A DNA stretch of 64,000 nt from Candidatus Doudnabacteria bacterium RIFCSPHIGHO2_01_FULL_45_18 (GCA_001779915.1 MFEJ01000023.1:6165-70164); one strand, 5' to 3'; positions 38,101 to 50,031 are shown, counted from the stretch's first letter. The notes: generated from the sequence alone by a model not told the origin. Made by a program: numbers and translations.

Positions 38101-38931
38101 GAGTTTCAACCGTTTGATCAATTTACGCTTATATACGCCTTCGGCGATTACGATTTCTTCATGAAGTTGCGTAAATAATTTTTCCAAATCAATTTCTTCG
38201 ACGAGTTGGGTAATCGCCGCGGCTCCAATCCCGGCCGCGAATACTGGCCCATATTTTAAAGACAGGTCACGATATTCAAGTTCGGAAATAATCTGGTATT
38301 TTTTAATGGACTTAAGTTCAGAGCGCGCCAGATCGCGGATGCTTTCCAAATGTTCAACTTCCTTGCCCCACATGTCGCGCACGCGCACGGTTTCCGGATC
38401 AGAGGAATTGTTTTGTTTAACCAAATTCTCATATCGGCTGTCAATTTCCCGGCGCTTAGCTTTGAATTCCCGTTCAATCTGCTCGGTCGTTTGGGCCCGG
38501 GCATCTTCATCCACACTGGTAATAATGTAAGAAGCAAAGTAAACAACTTTTTCCAGTTCCTGTACTGACAGATCTAGGATTAATCCTAAACGGGAAGGCA
38601 CGCCTCGTAAAAACCAGATGTGGGCCACCGGGGCGGCCAGCTTAATATGGCCCATGCGTTCGCGCCTGACCGAGGCGCGGGTCACTTCCACCCCGCACTT
38701 GTCGCAAACAATACCTTTGTAGCGGATACGTTTATATTTACCACAATAACATTCCCAGTCTTTGATCGGGCCGAAAATCTTTTCATCAAATAGCCCATCT
38801 TTTTCCGGCCGCTGGGTCCGGTAGTTGATCGTTTCCGGCTTGGTCACCTCACCATAAGACCAATTCAAAATATCCGCGGGAGAAGCGAGTCTCAAACGAA
38901 CAGCTTTAAATTCTTCGGTCTGTTGGAGCAT
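35101..38931 (-). CDS. rpoC: DNA-directed RNA polymerase subunit beta'
   Basis: 1276 aa with the NADFDGD catalytic motif. Confidence 0.95.
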   Translation of the reverse strand: MLQQTEEFKAVRLRLASPADILNWSYGEVTKPETINYRTQRPEKDGLFDEKIFGPIKDWECYCGKYKRIRYKGIVCDKCGVEVTRASVRRERMGHIKLAAPVAHIWFLRGVPSRLGLILDLSVQELEKVVYFASYIITSVDEDARAQTTEQIEREFKAKRREIDSRYENLVKQNNSSDPETVRVRDMWGKEVEHLESIRDLARSELKSIKKYQIISELEYRDLSLKYGPVFAAGIGAAAITQLVEEIDLEKLFTQLHEEIVIAEGVYKRKLIKRLKLVKSMIKAAIRPEWMIINNLPVIPPDLRPMVQLDGGRFAASDLNDLYRRVINRNNRLKKLLEIGAPEVITRNEKRMLQEAVDALIDNSIRHGKEVTASTGQKRKLRSLADMLKGKQGRFRQNLLGKRVDYSGRSVIVGGPSLKLHQCGLPKKMALELFKPFVTSKLIQREYAHNVRSANRLIEQGATVVYDILEEVTKGHYVLLNRAPTLHRLGFQAFLPVLIEGKAIQIHPLVCPAFNADFDGDQMAVHVSLTAPAQEEARNIMLSAKNLLKPASGEPIMGPNQDMVLGCYWLTRIHPKEKGEGKFFGSADEALLAYLSEIISLKAKISVRLDESWGNKQRLETCVGRIIFNQVLPEGMRFNNDVMDKKRLQQVVQVCYRDYGIERTAQLLDDIKGVGFHYVTKSGISWGMDDLKVPEIKKELLVKADEEVLKTLEQYQQGLLTAQERYNRVIEIWAEVRDKVTEAITTTLDEYGTVYQMVNSGARGSVSQVAQMAGMKGLVTNPAGEVIELPARDSFKEGLNILEYFISTHGSRKGMTDTALRTADAGYLTRRLVDVAQDIVINADDCEIDSGRVITRVSSEALGRPLARRIFGRVLASDVKDAKSLVVAKAGSMIDEKLAQEIDKSTAAEAEVRTVLRCTLTRGVCAKCYGYDLGFNKPVELGAAVGIVAAQAIGEPGTQLTMRTFHTGGVAGLDITQGLPRVEELLEAREPKGQALISEIDGFVTNIKATNKETTIRVETKDVVKDEYLLPGGKLQLTDGEKVNEGDPLFTNIKGVIVKAKAAGIVKLGKDKLTVVREGENFKEYTVPSGYSVIVKEKSLITKGQPLTEGNLNLHQVFALKGIEACQDYIIKDVQEIYSSQGQNVNEKHIEIIVRQMFSKVRITEPGDTDTLVGDLIDKSRLKLSNAKVAAKGRKAEVEQLLMGITKSSLNTESFLAAASFQETTRVLIEAAITAKTDYLRGLKENVIIGKLIPAGTGYRAEALGEKEAAEVADNL

Positions 38932-38943
38932 AAAAGTTAAAAA

Positions 38944-41900
38944 TTATTTCTTGGCTTTTCGCTTTTTATCTGATTTGTCTTCGGCAAATTCCAGAACTTT
39001 TTCATCCAAGCGATCCGTGGTCGCCATTTCCTTAAGCTCCCCGGCGGTGTCAGTCTCGGCAGACAATTTTTCACCAATCAGTTCTACATTTAAACAAAGC
39101 GATTGCAGTTCTTTGACCAAAACTCGGAACGATTCCGGGACATTCGGTTTTTTAATCGGCTCGTCTTTAACAATTGATTCATAGGTTTTGGCCCGTCCGA
39201 CGACGTCGTCGGATTTGATGGTCAGCATTTCCTGCAACGTGTGCGCGGCACCATAACCTTCCAAGGCCCAAACTTCCATTTCGCCAAACCGCTGGCCGCC
39301 AAACTGGGCTTTCCCGCCCAAAGGCTGCTGGGTGATCAAAGAATAAGGACCAGTGGAACGAGCGTGCATTTTATCATCAACCAAGTGATGCAGTTTTAAC
39401 ATATAAATAATGCCCACCGTGATTTTCGAGCTAAAGGCCGCGCCGGTCTTGCCATCATACATCGTGACCTTACCGTCTTCGGGAAACCCCGCTTTCTTAA
39501 GTTCCTGTTTAATCACTTCTTCCGGCACCCCGTCGAGTGCTGGCGAAGCGACTTTGTAACCAAGTTTTTTGGCAGCCAAACCCAAATGCGTTTCCAAAAT
39601 CTGACCAATGTTCATGCGACTAGCTACTCCCAAAGGATTTAAAATCAGATCCACCGGGGTCCCATCTTGCATAAACGGCATGTTCTCCACTGGGATAACT
39701 TGGGAGATCACGCCCTTGTTGCCGTGTCGGCCAGCCATTTTGTCGCCAACTTGAATTTTACGAAGCACGGCCACGGAAACCTGAATGGACTTAATCACGC
39801 CCGAAGGCAGTTTGTCTCCCGCTTCACGGGAAAATTCGCGAATGTTCACGACTTTACCATACTCGCCATGCGGCAGAGTCAGCGAAGTGTCTTTCACGTC
39901 CCGGGACTTTTCTCCGAAAATCACGCGCAATAATTTTTCTTCGGCCGTCAGATCAGTTTCACCTTTCGGTGTAATTTTGCCAACCAAAATATCTCCGGCC
40001 TTAATCTGCGCCCCGATCCGGATCACACCGTTCTCGTCCAAGTCCTTCAATTTTTCTTCACCAACATTCGGAATATCACGGGTGATAATTTCCGGGCCCA
40101 GTTTCGTATCGCGCAGATCGACTTTAAAATCTTCAATATGAATCGACGAGTAACGATCTTCTTCCACCACCCGAGATGAAATTAAAATGGCATCTTCGTA
40201 GTTGCCGCCCTCCCAAGACATAAATGCCACCAACATGTTTTGGCCCAAAGCCAATTCGCCTTGTTCAATAGCCGCGCCATCGGCGATGGGTTGGCCGGCT
40301 TTAATTGCTTGTCCTTTCACAACTGTGGGATGCTGGTTAATGGAAGTCGAGGTATTGGAACGGATAAATTTTTGCAATAAATATTCTTTTTTCTTGCCAC
40401 CCTTGGACTCGCCAAGCACAATTTTATCGCCAGTCACGCTTAAAACCACACTGTCACTTTCCGCAATCACAACCTGGCCGGAATCATAAGCCGCCTTGGC
40501 TTCCACCCCGGTGCCGACGACCGGCGAATCGGGTTTAATGCAAGACACGGCCTGACGTTGCATGTTGGAACCCATCAACGCGCGGTTCGCGTCGTCGTGC
40601 TCCAAGAAAGGAATCAGGGAAGTGGTGACGGAAATAATTTGTTTGGGTGAAACTTCCACATAATCAATTTCCGAAGTTTCCGTGATGGAAGGCTCGCCAT
40701 GGACGCGCACGGAAGCCCGCGGTTCGGTAAAAAATTCTTTGTCATCCACGTCAATCGTGGCCTGGGCAATCACGGCAAACTGCTCTTCATAAGCGTCTAG
40801 GTAAACAATTTCGTTAGTCACCTGGGAGCGGGCATGAGGAACCTTTTTCACCTTGCGATAAGGAGTTTCAATAAATCCAAAATCATTGATCCGAGCATAG
40901 CTGGCCAAGTGCGCCACCAGACCGATGTTGGGGCCTTCTGGCGTGGTAATCGGGCAAAGCCGGCCATAGTGGGAACGATGTACGTCACGAACTTCAAACC
41001 CGGCGCGTTCGCGTGACAGTCCGCCCGGACCCATAGCCGAAAGCCTTCGCTTGTGTTCCAGTTCCGCCAACGGATTAGTCTGATCCATAAACTGGGACAG
41101 CTGGGAAGAAGAGAAAAATTCCTGAATCACGGCTACGATCGGGCGCACATGAATCAGTTGCGCTGGTGTCACTGTCTCCATGTCAGCCAAACTCATCCGG
41201 TCCTTGGCAATCCGGCTCATCCGGGCCAGCCCAATGCGAAATTTGCTTTGAATCAGCTCCCCCACAGCCCTGACACGTCGGTTAGACAGATGATCAATAT
41301 CATCCCAAGTCCCTTGGGAATTATTAAGCTGAATGACTTCGCGGATAATGTCGGTTAAATCCTGTTTGGTTAAAATCCGATCCGCGCGGTCGTTGATTTT
41401 TAGTCTTTGATTAAGTTTATAGCGGCCGACTTCGGAAAGATCATAGCGGTCCGCGTGAAAAAACATAGCTTCAATTAAAGATCTGGCATTGTCCACGGTG
41501 GCTAAATCTCCCGGCCGGATTCGTTTATAAACTTCCTTAAAACCTTCGTCTGCGGTTTTGGACGGGTCCTTTTCCAAAGTATTTTGGATGTAGCGCATAT
41601 CCGGATTGGTGTCCACATCCACAAAGGCCGCCAAAATTTCCTCGTCTGATCCAAATTTAAAGACACGCATAAGGGCCGTGATAGGAATCCGGCGCTTGCG
41701 GTCAATCTTCACACTGATAATGCCGTTTAAATCGGTTTCCACTTCCAGCCACGCGCCGCGGTTAGGAATAATTTTCGCGCCATACCAATTCCGGCCACGC
41801 ACTGTTTCACCGGAAAAAAACACACCTGGGGATTTGACCAGTTGCGAGACGACAACGCGCTCGACGCCATTAATCACAAACGTGCCGCGCGGCGTCATCA

Positions 41901-42285
41901 GTGGAAAATCACCCAAGTAGACATCCTGAGTTTTAGTTTTGCCACTGACCTTGTTAATCAGTTTGACGGAAACATAAAGGGGCGCTTCAAAAGTCGTGTT
42001 GCGCTCCTTGGCGGTTTTTTCATCATACTTCGGCTTATCCAAAAAGTATTCCCCAAACTGCAGTTCCAAATTCTTGCCAGTAAAATCTTTAATGGAATTA
42101 ATCTCGGCAAACAGCTCTTTTAAGCCTCTTTCCAAAAACCATTTATAACTCCGAAGCTGGGCTTCGATCAAGTGAGGCATCTCCATAACGTCATGGAAGG
42201 CGGTAAAAAAATTCCGATGGCCTTTTTGACCCATGGGGCTTGCTAAATTTAGGCTTAAATTAGCCATTTTCTTTTTTGGAGACAT
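38944..42285 (-). CDS. rpoB: DNA-directed RNA polymerase subunit beta
   Basis: 1113 aa, conserved Rpb2 domains. Confidence 0.95.
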   Translation of the reverse strand: MSPKKKMANLSLNLASPMGQKGHRNFFTAFHDVMEMPHLIEAQLRSYKWFLERGLKELFAEINSIKDFTGKNLELQFGEYFLDKPKYDEKTAKERNTTFEAPLYVSVKLINKVSGKTKTQDVYLGDFPLMTPRGTFVINGVERVVVSQLVKSPGVFFSGETVRGRNWYGAKIIPNRGAWLEVETDLNGIISVKIDRKRRIPITALMRVFKFGSDEEILAAFVDVDTNPDMRYIQNTLEKDPSKTADEGFKEVYKRIRPGDLATVDNARSLIEAMFFHADRYDLSEVGRYKLNQRLKINDRADRILTKQDLTDIIREVIQLNNSQGTWDDIDHLSNRRVRAVGELIQSKFRIGLARMSRIAKDRMSLADMETVTPAQLIHVRPIVAVIQEFFSSSQLSQFMDQTNPLAELEHKRRLSAMGPGGLSRERAGFEVRDVHRSHYGRLCPITTPEGPNIGLVAHLASYARINDFGFIETPYRKVKKVPHARSQVTNEIVYLDAYEEQFAVIAQATIDVDDKEFFTEPRASVRVHGEPSITETSEIDYVEVSPKQIISVTTSLIPFLEHDDANRALMGSNMQRQAVSCIKPDSPVVGTGVEAKAAYDSGQVVIAESDSVVLSVTGDKIVLGESKGGKKKEYLLQKFIRSNTSTSINQHPTVVKGQAIKAGQPIADGAAIEQGELALGQNMLVAFMSWEGGNYEDAILISSRVVEEDRYSSIHIEDFKVDLRDTKLGPEIITRDIPNVGEEKLKDLDENGVIRIGAQIKAGDILVGKITPKGETDLTAEEKLLRVIFGEKSRDVKDTSLTLPHGEYGKVVNIREFSREAGDKLPSGVIKSIQVSVAVLRKIQVGDKMAGRHGNKGVISQVIPVENMPFMQDGTPVDLILNPLGVASRMNIGQILETHLGLAAKKLGYKVASPALDGVPEEVIKQELKKAGFPEDGKVTMYDGKTGAAFSSKITVGIIYMLKLHHLVDDKMHARSTGPYSLITQQPLGGKAQFGGQRFGEMEVWALEGYGAAHTLQEMLTIKSDDVVGRAKTYESIVKDEPIKKPNVPESFRVLVKELQSLCLNVELIGEKLSAETDTAGELKEMATTDRLDEKVLEFAEDKSDKKRKAKK

Positions 42286-42392
42286 AAAATAATCCCTCTT
42301 TTTCGCATACGCAAAAAAGAGCCGCTAGTGGCTATACTCTTATTAAATTAGATATCACACTTACATCTTAAGCTATATGGAAAAATTGTCAA

Positions 42393-42406
42393 GCCTGCCG
42401 GCAGGC
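42393..42406. repeat. family B-related perfect palindrome GCCTGCCGGCAGGC between the MFS gene stop and the rpoB start
   Basis: Perfect 14-bp palindrome. Confidence 0.6.
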
Positions 42407-42412
42407 ACATAC

Positions 42413-43615
42413 CTATATAATTGGTTTAGGACGAGTCCCCAACCCGAACATCACCAACACCAAGCCGAGGCCGGCCATAATGAATCCCAAGGAAATTTGA
42501 TCTGCCAAAACCCCAACTAGGATCGTAGGCGTAGTTGCGGATAACTGCAGCAAGACATGCAGGGATCCATAAACCCTGCCGCGGATGTGTGAAAGCGCGT
42601 GGGTCTGTAAAAGTGAATGGGCAGGGGCGAAAATATGCGCATTGAAAAAACCAATGACAAAACCGATGACCGAATAATAAATATATTTATGCACAAAAAG
42701 TTCGATAAACGATAACGCAAACAACATGAGACCCATGCCTAAAAATCCCATAAGAATTAAGCTGGGTTTCGAAAGAAAACGTGATTCCCAACCTAAACTT
42801 AAAGCGCCGACAAGAATTCCGAGACCCAGCGGCACCACGACAAAAATCGAACCGGTATTTAAATTAATGCCGATGGCTTTCTCCATAAACGCCGGCGCGA
42901 TAGTAATCAGCATACCGTTCACGATCTGAATGGAAACCAAACTCACGAGCGGAAAATGCAAGGGCTTGTTCGCCCAAAAATGAACAATCCCTTCCCGAAA
43001 CTCCCACCAAACATGCGGGTGCTTTTGGACAACCTCGGGTTTTAAGGAAGGTAAAGACAAAGTTGCCAAACCCGCGATAGTCAGCAAAACCACACCCACG
43101 ATAAACGGTGCGGCTTGACCGAAAGCCTGCGACATGGGCCCGGCAGCTGCAAATCCGATGATCAGAGAAGCCGAATTAGTAAACGCAAAATAGCTATTGG
43201 CTATCAAAATCTGATCATGAGGGACCAAATTCGGAATGGACGGGGCTTCCGCCGGCAAATAAAATTGATTCAAAGAAGCATATAAAAATGTAATCAAAAA
43301 CAAACCCCAAAAATCCGAGCCAACCACAAAATACAGGGCAATTGCGCCGGCTTGCAGGAAATTAATAATGGTCAAAAGCCACTTGCGGTCAAATCGGTCG
43401 GCATAAACTCCGGCCAAACTTCCAAACAACACCGTGGCCAAACCAAAAGCCATGATAATCAAGGCCACGGACAGGGACGAACTGGTCAACTGAAACACTT
43501 TGATTAAAATCGCGAAGCTTAAAATGTAATTGGTCAGTTGCGAGGTCGCCTGTGAAATCCAAAGCTTGGTAAAATCCCAATTTTTTAAAACCGCGACGTA
43601 GGATTGAAAACTCAT
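42413..43615 (-). CDS. MFS transporter
   Basis: 12 TM, 400 aa. Confidence 0.75.
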   Translation of the reverse strand: MSFQSYVAVLKNWDFTKLWISQATSQLTNYILSFAILIKVFQLTSSSLSVALIIMAFGLATVLFGSLAGVYADRFDRKWLLTIINFLQAGAIALYFVVGSDFWGLFLITFLYASLNQFYLPAEAPSIPNLVPHDQILIANSYFAFTNSASLIIGFAAAGPMSQAFGQAAPFIVGVVLLTIAGLATLSLPSLKPEVVQKHPHVWWEFREGIVHFWANKPLHFPLVSLVSIQIVNGMLITIAPAFMEKAIGINLNTGSIFVVVPLGLGILVGALSLGWESRFLSKPSLILMGFLGMGLMLFALSFIELFVHKYIYYSVIGFVIGFFNAHIFAPAHSLLQTHALSHIRGRVYGSLHVLLQLSATTPTILVGVLADQISLGFIMAGLGLVLVMFGLGTRPKPII

Positions 43616-43935
43616 GAGCGTTTTTTAGGCCTGGTGATGTTGGGCGCTCGACTATACGTGGACTCTATCAAATCTTGCGAAAGTTTCAAACCAAATGCCA
43701 GGGCATTGGCCGTAGCCACCACGGTGCGGGTTTTGGAAAAATGACCAGGATCGGCCTGGACTTCAATTTTAGTTAAATCAGAAAGTTTGATTTTTTGTTT
43801 TCGACAAAACTTTTTGATTTCTAAAAGCAGGTTTTCTGATAAATTTTGATTTTGAAAATGGTGTTCCCTAATCCTGTTTTTTGAAACTAAAGCCAACCGC
43901 GCCAACTCGGGATTAATAATATCAATCAACAACAT
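43612..43935 (-). CDS. minimal TsaB/YeaZ-like protein (N-terminal domain only)
   Basis: MLLIDI... then DPGHFSKTRTVVATANALAFGL, resembling the TsaB GPGSFTGLRIG...GLA motif; 107 aa; ATGA overlap with the MFS gene. Confidence 0.4.
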   Translation of the reverse strand: MLLIDIINPELARLALVSKNRIREHHFQNQNLSENLLLEIKKFCRKQKIKLSDLTKIEVQADPGHFSKTRTVVATANALAFGLKLSQDLIESTYSRAPNITRPKKRS

Positions 43936-43940
43936 AATAA

Positions 43941-44513
43941 TTACAACACCTCTTCTTTCCTCGGATGTTTTTGTTTATCATTCAGTTTGATCAGTTTTAC
44001 GACTTTATCAATTAGCTTTTTCGGATCCGCATCAAACACCACGCGTCGGCGTCCCCGCTTGGCCAATTTTAAAATTCGATCAATTTCCGGTTCCACCCCC
44101 CCGGTACCTGTCAGCACGCCAACCACCCGCTTATCCTCAAACGCGGACGTAAACTCGTTTAGGGTCCCGATCCGGCCGCAAACCACAATAATGGCATCAG
44201 CCGATCTGGTCATCAGCATATTCCGGCCGGAATAATCAAAACCCGTATAAATAATCAGATCCATGTAACGGGTCGGCAACCGGTAACTGTGCACATGTGA
44301 TTGTTTGGAAACCGCCGGCGATAATCCGATAGAAATGCCACCCACGGACTTGGCGCCTCTCGTTGCCCATTCCGGCACGCCGATGGTCGCGCCAGTGATC
44401 AAGACACAGCTATGTAAAGCAATTTGCCGGCCGACTTCGTAGGCTTTTTTAAACGCGCCCTTGGTGCAGTTGTTGATGGCCGAACCGGACACCGCGATTT
44501 TGTATTGGATCAT
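43941..44513 (-). CDS. TIGR00725/LOG-like Rossmann-fold protein
   Basis: IAVSGSA...GVLTGTGG pattern; 190 aa. Confidence 0.45.
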   Translation of the reverse strand: MIQYKIAVSGSAINNCTKGAFKKAYEVGRQIALHSCVLITGATIGVPEWATRGAKSVGGISIGLSPAVSKQSHVHSYRLPTRYMDLIIYTGFDYSGRNMLMTRSADAIIVVCGRIGTLNEFTSAFEDKRVVGVLTGTGGVEPEIDRILKLAKRGRRRVVFDADPKKLIDKVVKLIKLNDKQKHPRKEEVL

Positions 44514-45445
44514 TTTTTAATTAGATTGCGAACCAGTCTTACTTGCTTATAAACATTATACCAAATTGGCGAGAAAATCAGATCAAACGCGCCTGGAAAC
44601 ATAACTTCCAGTCCGCCGAAGCCTTTTTTAAATCTCGTAATCCCGGCCCAGGCTTGGGTTTGATCGCTACTTCCTGCAATCCCTCCAAAATCGTAAAACT
44701 TCAAGCCGGAATTTTTTGCCAACCGAATCGCTTCCCAGTGCAGTAAATAAGACGCCTGCGCTTCTTTCATTTTGCTGCTGGAACCGCCATGCAAAAAAGT
44801 TGCCGTCTCGCCAAAGCGGCTGACAAATATCGCAGCCAAGGGTTCGCCTTTATATTCGGCGATTAAAATTTTCAGAAATTTGGGAGACAAATGCTCCCAC
44901 ATTTGTAAATAATAATTTTGCGCGTGCAATTTATATCCATTTCGGCCGGCTGTTTCTAAAAATAATTTCCAGGCCATGATCAGATCCGCCTTGGTCCCTT
45001 CCCTGACGACCACACCTTTGCGTTGGGCCAGATTGATATTATACCGGGTTTTGGGTTTCATGCCGATCAATAATTCTTCTTCAGTTTTTTCTAAATCCAA
45101 AACCCAATTATGCAACGGCTGCATGTCTTTCACGGCTTTCGGTAAACTGACGGCTTGTATCGGTTCAATTCGAGAAAAAATAATGCTATGATCAGACTCA
45201 AATTTTCTTAAATCTGCCAAAGCGGCTTCCACCTTGCCTACCGGCCCCCTCGGACAATAAAGATATTTTTTGCCAGCCGGCAAAGCAATTTCAAAAGCCA
45301 GACAAAGATAATCACTGCCTGAAAAACGGTAAATTTTTTGGCCCAGAGCTTGCTGAAATTCACCCCAAGCCCATGCTTGCAAAATCGACCCACCGAGGTC
45401 GATAACTTTTTTATCCCAAGCTTCTGGCGAGAGATTTGAAATCAT
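44510..45445 (-). CDS. FemAB-family peptidoglycan-bridge aminoacyltransferase
   Basis: 311 aa, FemAB/GNAT-like C-terminal region. Confidence 0.65.
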   Translation of the reverse strand: MISNLSPEAWDKKVIDLGGSILQAWAWGEFQQALGQKIYRFSGSDYLCLAFEIALPAGKKYLYCPRGPVGKVEAALADLRKFESDHSIIFSRIEPIQAVSLPKAVKDMQPLHNWVLDLEKTEEELLIGMKPKTRYNINLAQRKGVVVREGTKADLIMAWKLFLETAGRNGYKLHAQNYYLQMWEHLSPKFLKILIAEYKGEPLAAIFVSRFGETATFLHGGSSSKMKEAQASYLLHWEAIRLAKNSGLKFYDFGGIAGSSDQTQAWAGITRFKKGFGGLEVMFPGAFDLIFSPIWYNVYKQVRLVRNLIKK

Positions 45446-45621
45446 TTTCGTTTCTTCGTCCTTGCATCCCGAATCACAATCGCGCCGTTGATTTTCCGAA
45501 CCAGCATGCGCTGATGCTCGCGCAAGCTTAAAGCGCGAACAATGTCGGCCGGAATGATTACCGACAAAGAACCATTGCCAATCTTTTGGAGTTTTCTAAT
45601 CGAATTTGTGGGTCTAGCCAT
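45442..45621 (-). CDS. AbrB/MazE (SpoVT-AbrB) family small DNA-binding protein
   Basis: 59-aa ORF MARPTNSIRKLQKIGNGSLSVIIPADIVRALSL...; its stop overlaps the femAB ATG (ATGA). Confidence 0.4.
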   Translation of the reverse strand: MARPTNSIRKLQKIGNGSLSVIIPADIVRALSLREHQRMLVRKINGAIVIRDARTKKRK

Positions 45622-45821
45622 ATGATTTAATTATATAACTAATTATATAATTATCTATATAATTAATAAATACTGAGTAATCTCCTGCGGCACCACTTTT
45701 TTCTGGAAATTTGCCGCTGTCCGAGCATGATAAATCCGGTTAGATTTGTCCGTTCATGCGAGTCCGGCAAATTTCCGACTTTTTTCCGCCTCTTTTTTCT
45801 AGAAAAAAGAGGCTAAAGAAA

Positions 45822-46388
45822 TCATTTACTTAAAGCTTTCAGGGCAATCTTAACTTTCTCCTGCAAATTCGCGACATTTTTCGGCACACTCTGAAGTGCC
45901 TCGCGAGCCTGCTGCTGGTTGTACCCAAGCGCTATGAGCGCATCCATGGCATCCGAGTGCTCGCGCGCGACAGGCGTGCTGTCTGTTTCGTCTTTGAGCT
46001 TTTCTTTGAGTTCCACGATCACCCGTTCCGCGGTTTTGCGGCCAATGCCAGAGACTTTCGTAAATACGCCCGCATCTCCGGAGACAATCGCGGATTTGAT
46101 CATCTCCAAGCCGGACAGCGACATGATCCCCAGCGCGGATTTGGGCCCCACACCTGATACGGTCAAAAGTAGTTCAAAAAATTCCAGATCTGGCAAGGTT
46201 TGAAAGCCGTACAAAGTCAGCTGGTCTTCCCGCACATACGTATGCGTGACTAAACTTACGTCTTGATTGGGCTTTAAGGTCAGAAAAAAAACTTGCGGCA
46301 AAAAAACTTTGTAACCAATGCCATTGGTTTCCACAATGATATAATTGCTACTTTTATGACTAATTTTGCCCTTGATTGATCCGATCAT
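45822..46388 (-). CDS. ruvA: Holliday junction DNA helicase RuvA
   Basis: OB-fold N-terminus MIGSIKGKI...GYKVFLP and an HhH pair. Confidence 0.85.
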   Translation of the reverse strand: MIGSIKGKISHKSSNYIIVETNGIGYKVFLPQVFFLTLKPNQDVSLVTHTYVREDQLTLYGFQTLPDLEFFELLLTVSGVGPKSALGIMSLSGLEMIKSAIVSGDAGVFTKVSGIGRKTAERVIVELKEKLKDETDSTPVAREHSDAMDALIALGYNQQQAREALQSVPKNVANLQEKVKIALKALSK

Positions 46389-46447
46389 ATGGTCATTATA
46401 CGCAAATTTCGGGCATAAAAAAAGAGCCGGAGCTGAAGCTTCGGCTG

Positions 46448-47386
46448 TTACTGGGCTTTTTCAGACGGCTTGCTGAACTTTAGGGAAAAGCCCATCAGAT
46501 CCGCGCCGCTTGATATGTCCTTGATAATGCTGAAATACAAAGCTGACGGCACCCTGGCGCTTGATGCCGGAAACGGAAGGATGAAACTCTTCAGTCTGAT
46601 TGCTGCTCCCCAGGTAATGCCGATCTCGCCGGCCTTCCCGCTTCCGCCCATGAACATAATTCCGGGTAAGCGACCTTCAACCCGGCCATGAGTCAAAGGA
46701 ATATCTATACCGGGAGCAAGACCGAGTAGTCCCACCACCCTGCCTGGATCAGTCGTTGGTGCGTAGATGAAGTCGAGCATCAAATACTTGAGTATAATCG
46801 ACTGCGTCACCAACACTTCTTTGCGCTGGATCTGCACCATCGTCTGAAGCATATCCTGCCCTTGACGCAAACGATTGGCAAGGCTGGGGTCTTTCCAAAT
46901 CCGAAGCCATTGGCAGGGTTGAACCAGATCAGCGTTATTATCAACGCTTCCGGTCAACTCCTCGCATGCACGCCCTAGAAATGCTGGAGGCGTTGGCTCC
47001 TGTTCAAACAGCTCACCGTTAAGGCTCTGAAATAGTGACCACCAAGGATAACTTTCGATCGTGGCAATCCGTCTCCATTGCCAGAATCTCCAAGAGTATC
47101 CAATGGGATAACGATTCAGATTCGTCGGAGCTTGTTTCATCCAAGATGCATAAAGCTCGGACCAATCATTTCCCATCAGCAAGTTCTCAAGCGTAATCAC
47201 AAACAATGCCGGGGCTTCGGCGACATCTTGGCTGACAGACGACGGAGTTTCGGGTGTAGTCACCTCTTGGGCTTGGACTGTTGCGCCCAAGCAGATCCAG
47301 GCGACAACCATATAAACAACCTTATTGCGCACACAGTCCTCCCTTCGCATTTTCCCCATTCTAGACCCTAGCCAAAAGTTTGCCAA
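46448..47386 (-). CDS. hypothetical secreted/membrane-anchored protein, Trp-rich
   Basis: Hydrophobic signal-anchor region VVYMVVAWICLGATVQA; start ambiguous; GC slightly elevated. Confidence 0.35.
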   Translation of the reverse strand: MANFWLGSRMGKMRREDCVRNKVVYMVVAWICLGATVQAQEVTTPETPSSVSQDVAEAPALFVITLENLLMGNDWSELYASWMKQAPTNLNRYPIGYSWRFWQWRRIATIESYPWWSLFQSLNGELFEQEPTPPAFLGRACEELTGSVDNNADLVQPCQWLRIWKDPSLANRLRQGQDMLQTMVQIQRKEVLVTQSIILKYLMLDFIYAPTTDPGRVVGLLGLAPGIDIPLTHGRVEGRLPGIMFMGGSGKAGEIGITWGAAIRLKSFILPFPASSARVPSALYFSIIKDISSGADLMGFSLKFSKPSEKAQ

Positions 47387-47412
47387 GTCTGCTAAAATGA
47401 AATTTAGACAAC

Positions 47413-49413
47413 ATGAAATTTAAACTTCAGTCCGAATTCAAACCGGCCGGCGACCAGCCGCAGGCCATTGAAAAGCTGATCCAGGGTTTGGGCAAAAAAT
47501 TCCGGTATCAAACCTTGTTGGGTGTCACAGGTAGTGGCAAAACTTTTACCATGGCTAATGTCGTGGAAAAAATCCAGCGGCCAACGCTCGTCATTTCGCA
47601 TAATAAGACTTTGGCTGCGCAACTAGCAAGCGAATTCCAAAATTTTTTTCCGGACAATGCCGTGCATTATTTTGTGTCTTACTATGACTACTATCAGCCA
47701 GAAGCGTATATTCCTAGATCAGATACCTATATCGAAAAAGAAACCGAGATCAACGAAGAAATTGATAAATTGCGAAACGCGGCCACGCAAAGTTTATTGT
47801 CCCGCAAAGACGTTTTGATCGTCGCGTCTGTGTCCTGTATTTACGGGCTGGGTAATCCGGGCGACTATTTGGATTTGTCCATCCCGATTAAAGTTGGCGC
47901 GAGTATCAAACGCGATAAATTTTTGCGTCGCTTAACTGACCTGCAATTTACTCGCAATGATCTCAACCTGACCCGCGGCACATTTCGCGTGCGTGGGGAT
48001 GTGGTGGAGTTGATCCCTGCTTCCGCTGACAAAATCCTACGTTTAAATTTTTATGGGGATGAGATCGAGAAAATTTCCGAGCATGACCCCTTAACTGGAC
48101 AAGATTTCGGCAACCGCAAGGACCTAACCATCTTTCCGGCCAAGCATTTCGTAACCACCAAAGAAAAATTATTGGCTGCCGTCGAAAATATCCGCGCGGA
48201 ACTGCGGGACCAAATCAAACTTTTTAAAAAACAGGATAAACCCATTGAAGCCCAGCGCATTGAACAGCGCACCAACTTTGACATTGAGATGATGCTGGAG
48301 ACCGGGTTTGTATCAGGCATTGAAAACTACTCCCGCCACTTGGATTTTCGCAAACCCGGTGAGCCACCTTCCACGCTACTGGATTATTTTCCGGATAATT
48401 TTTTACTTTTCATCGACGAATCCCACATGACTCTGCCGCAAATTGGTGGGATGTATCTGGGGGATCAGTCGCGAAAGAAAACTTTGGTGGATTATGGCTT
48501 TCGACTCCCTTCCGCTATGGATAACCGACCCCTGAAGTTTGAAGAATTTGAAAAAATCATTGATCAAACAATCTTTGTCTCGGCCACCCCGACCAAAGAG
48601 CGGGAAATTAAAGTTTCCAAACAAGTGGCGGAACAGCTGATCCGCCCAACCGGCTTACTTGATCCAGAAATTGAAATCCGGCCAACCAAAAATCAGGTGG
48701 ATGATCTCATGGAAGAAATTCAGAAACGAGTTAAAAAGAAGCAGCGCGTGCTGGTGACCACGCTTACCAAAAATATGGCCGAGGAATTATCGAATTACTT
48801 AGTGGAATATGGCATCCGTGGGCATTACCTGCATTCTGACATTCAAACTTTGGAGCGGCTGGAAATTCTACGCGATTTGCGGCTGGGAGTTTATGATGTC
48901 GTAATTGGCATCAACCTCCTACGGGAAGGGTTGGACTTGCCAGAAGTGTCCCTGGTCGCCATCCTGGACGCCGACAAAGAAGGGTTCCTGCGCTCCGATA
49001 CGTCCCTCATCCAAACCATGGGCCGGGCCGCGCGCCACATTGACGGCCATGTCATTATGTATGCTGATCGCGTCACTGGATCTATGCAGCGAGCCATGGA
49101 TGAGGTCTTACGGCGCCGAAAAAATCAGCAAGACTATAATAAAAAGCATGATATTATTCCGCAAGGCATTCAAAAATCCATCAAAGAAACTCGCTTGGCC
49201 GGTATGAAAGCCGTGGAAGAAAAAACCGACACTTCCAAAGAAATGGACTTAACGAAAATGACCAAACAGGATATCGCGTATGCGATTGAGGAGCTACGAG
49301 ATCAGATGGATTTGGCTTCCCGCAACCTGGATTTCGAAAAAGCCGCCGCCTTGCGCGATCAAATCACGGCGATCCGCAATAAGACTCGAATGAAAAAACA
49401 TAAGTTTAAATAA
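47413..49413 (+). CDS. uvrB: excinuclease ABC subunit B
   Basis: Helicase motifs (GVTGSGKT); C-terminal UVR domain; 666 aa. Confidence 0.95.
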   Translation: MKFKLQSEFKPAGDQPQAIEKLIQGLGKKFRYQTLLGVTGSGKTFTMANVVEKIQRPTLVISHNKTLAAQLASEFQNFFPDNAVHYFVSYYDYYQPEAYIPRSDTYIEKETEINEEIDKLRNAATQSLLSRKDVLIVASVSCIYGLGNPGDYLDLSIPIKVGASIKRDKFLRRLTDLQFTRNDLNLTRGTFRVRGDVVELIPASADKILRLNFYGDEIEKISEHDPLTGQDFGNRKDLTIFPAKHFVTTKEKLLAAVENIRAELRDQIKLFKKQDKPIEAQRIEQRTNFDIEMMLETGFVSGIENYSRHLDFRKPGEPPSTLLDYFPDNFLLFIDESHMTLPQIGGMYLGDQSRKKTLVDYGFRLPSAMDNRPLKFEEFEKIIDQTIFVSATPTKEREIKVSKQVAEQLIRPTGLLDPEIEIRPTKNQVDDLMEEIQKRVKKKQRVLVTTLTKNMAEELSNYLVEYGIRGHYLHSDIQTLERLEILRDLRLGVYDVVIGINLLREGLDLPEVSLVAILDADKEGFLRSDTSLIQTMGRAARHIDGHVIMYADRVTGSMQRAMDEVLRRRKNQQDYNKKHDIIPQGIQKSIKETRLAGMKAVEEKTDTSKEMDLTKMTKQDIAYAIEELRDQMDLASRNLDFEKAAALRDQITAIRNKTRMKKHKFK

Positions 49414-50031
49414 CTAAAACCCTAATTTTTCGTTCACGAATATTACACGCACCTGGCGGCCCATTCGCTGGTTCTCCCTGTGAAAAATCAAAACCTTGGA
49501 CATCATGGTGTGGGCCTGATATACGGCGAACAATCGCTTATCTTCCAGAGGCACCACATATTCTTCTAATCTTTTTATGGCATCAGGTAGGGTTGGCATA
49601 ATTTTCTGGGCCCCGACCACAAAGATTAAGTTCGGCGCAGTATTCACAATATAAGGTAATTGACTGCCGGTGTTGGATGCAATCACCATTTCTCCAGTTT
49701 CAGAAACCGCATGCACAGAACCCAAATAATAATCTGATAAGACGGCTTGGCGGCGCATTTCCATCTGTCTGGCCGGATCTTTTTCAGCTAAAATTCCGGC
49801 GTGCAAATTATTCCATCCGTGCAAGCCGGATTGAAGATACTCCACAAAGCCAATTTGTTCGAGCGTTCGTGACGAACCATTCATCACGGACGAGCCTGCT
49901 GGAATTAATTCTTTGATTTTTGCCAAAGCTTCTTTTTTGGTCGCGACTAATTCAGCTTCCACACCATGTTCTTTCAACGCTTGGATGGTTTTTTGAATAC
50001 TATCTTGCGAGGCTAAGGTATCGTAGTTCAT
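49414..50031 (-). CDS. LUD-domain (LutC/YkgG-like) protein
   Basis: 205 aa, DUF162/LUD-like sequence. Confidence 0.55.
   Translation of the reverse strand: MNYDTLASQDSIQKTIQALKEHGVEAELVATKKEALAKIKELIPAGSSVMNGSSRTLEQIGFVEYLQSGLHGWNNLHAGILAEKDPARQMEMRRQAVLSDYYLGSVHAVSETGEMVIASNTGSQLPYIVNTAPNLIFVVGAQKIMPTLPDAIKRLEEYVVPLEDKRLFAVYQAHTMMSKVLIFHRENQRMGRQVRVIFVNEKLGF

Noticed and set aside
35225-42123. Numerous 60-180-aa ORFs antisense to or out of frame within rpoC and rpoB (for example 35594..36142, 37766..38164, 39785..40141, 41606..41920)
   Set aside because: They lie entirely inside the long, well-supported rpoB and rpoC reading frames, have no RBS, and their compositions are low-complexity mirrors of the sense strand.
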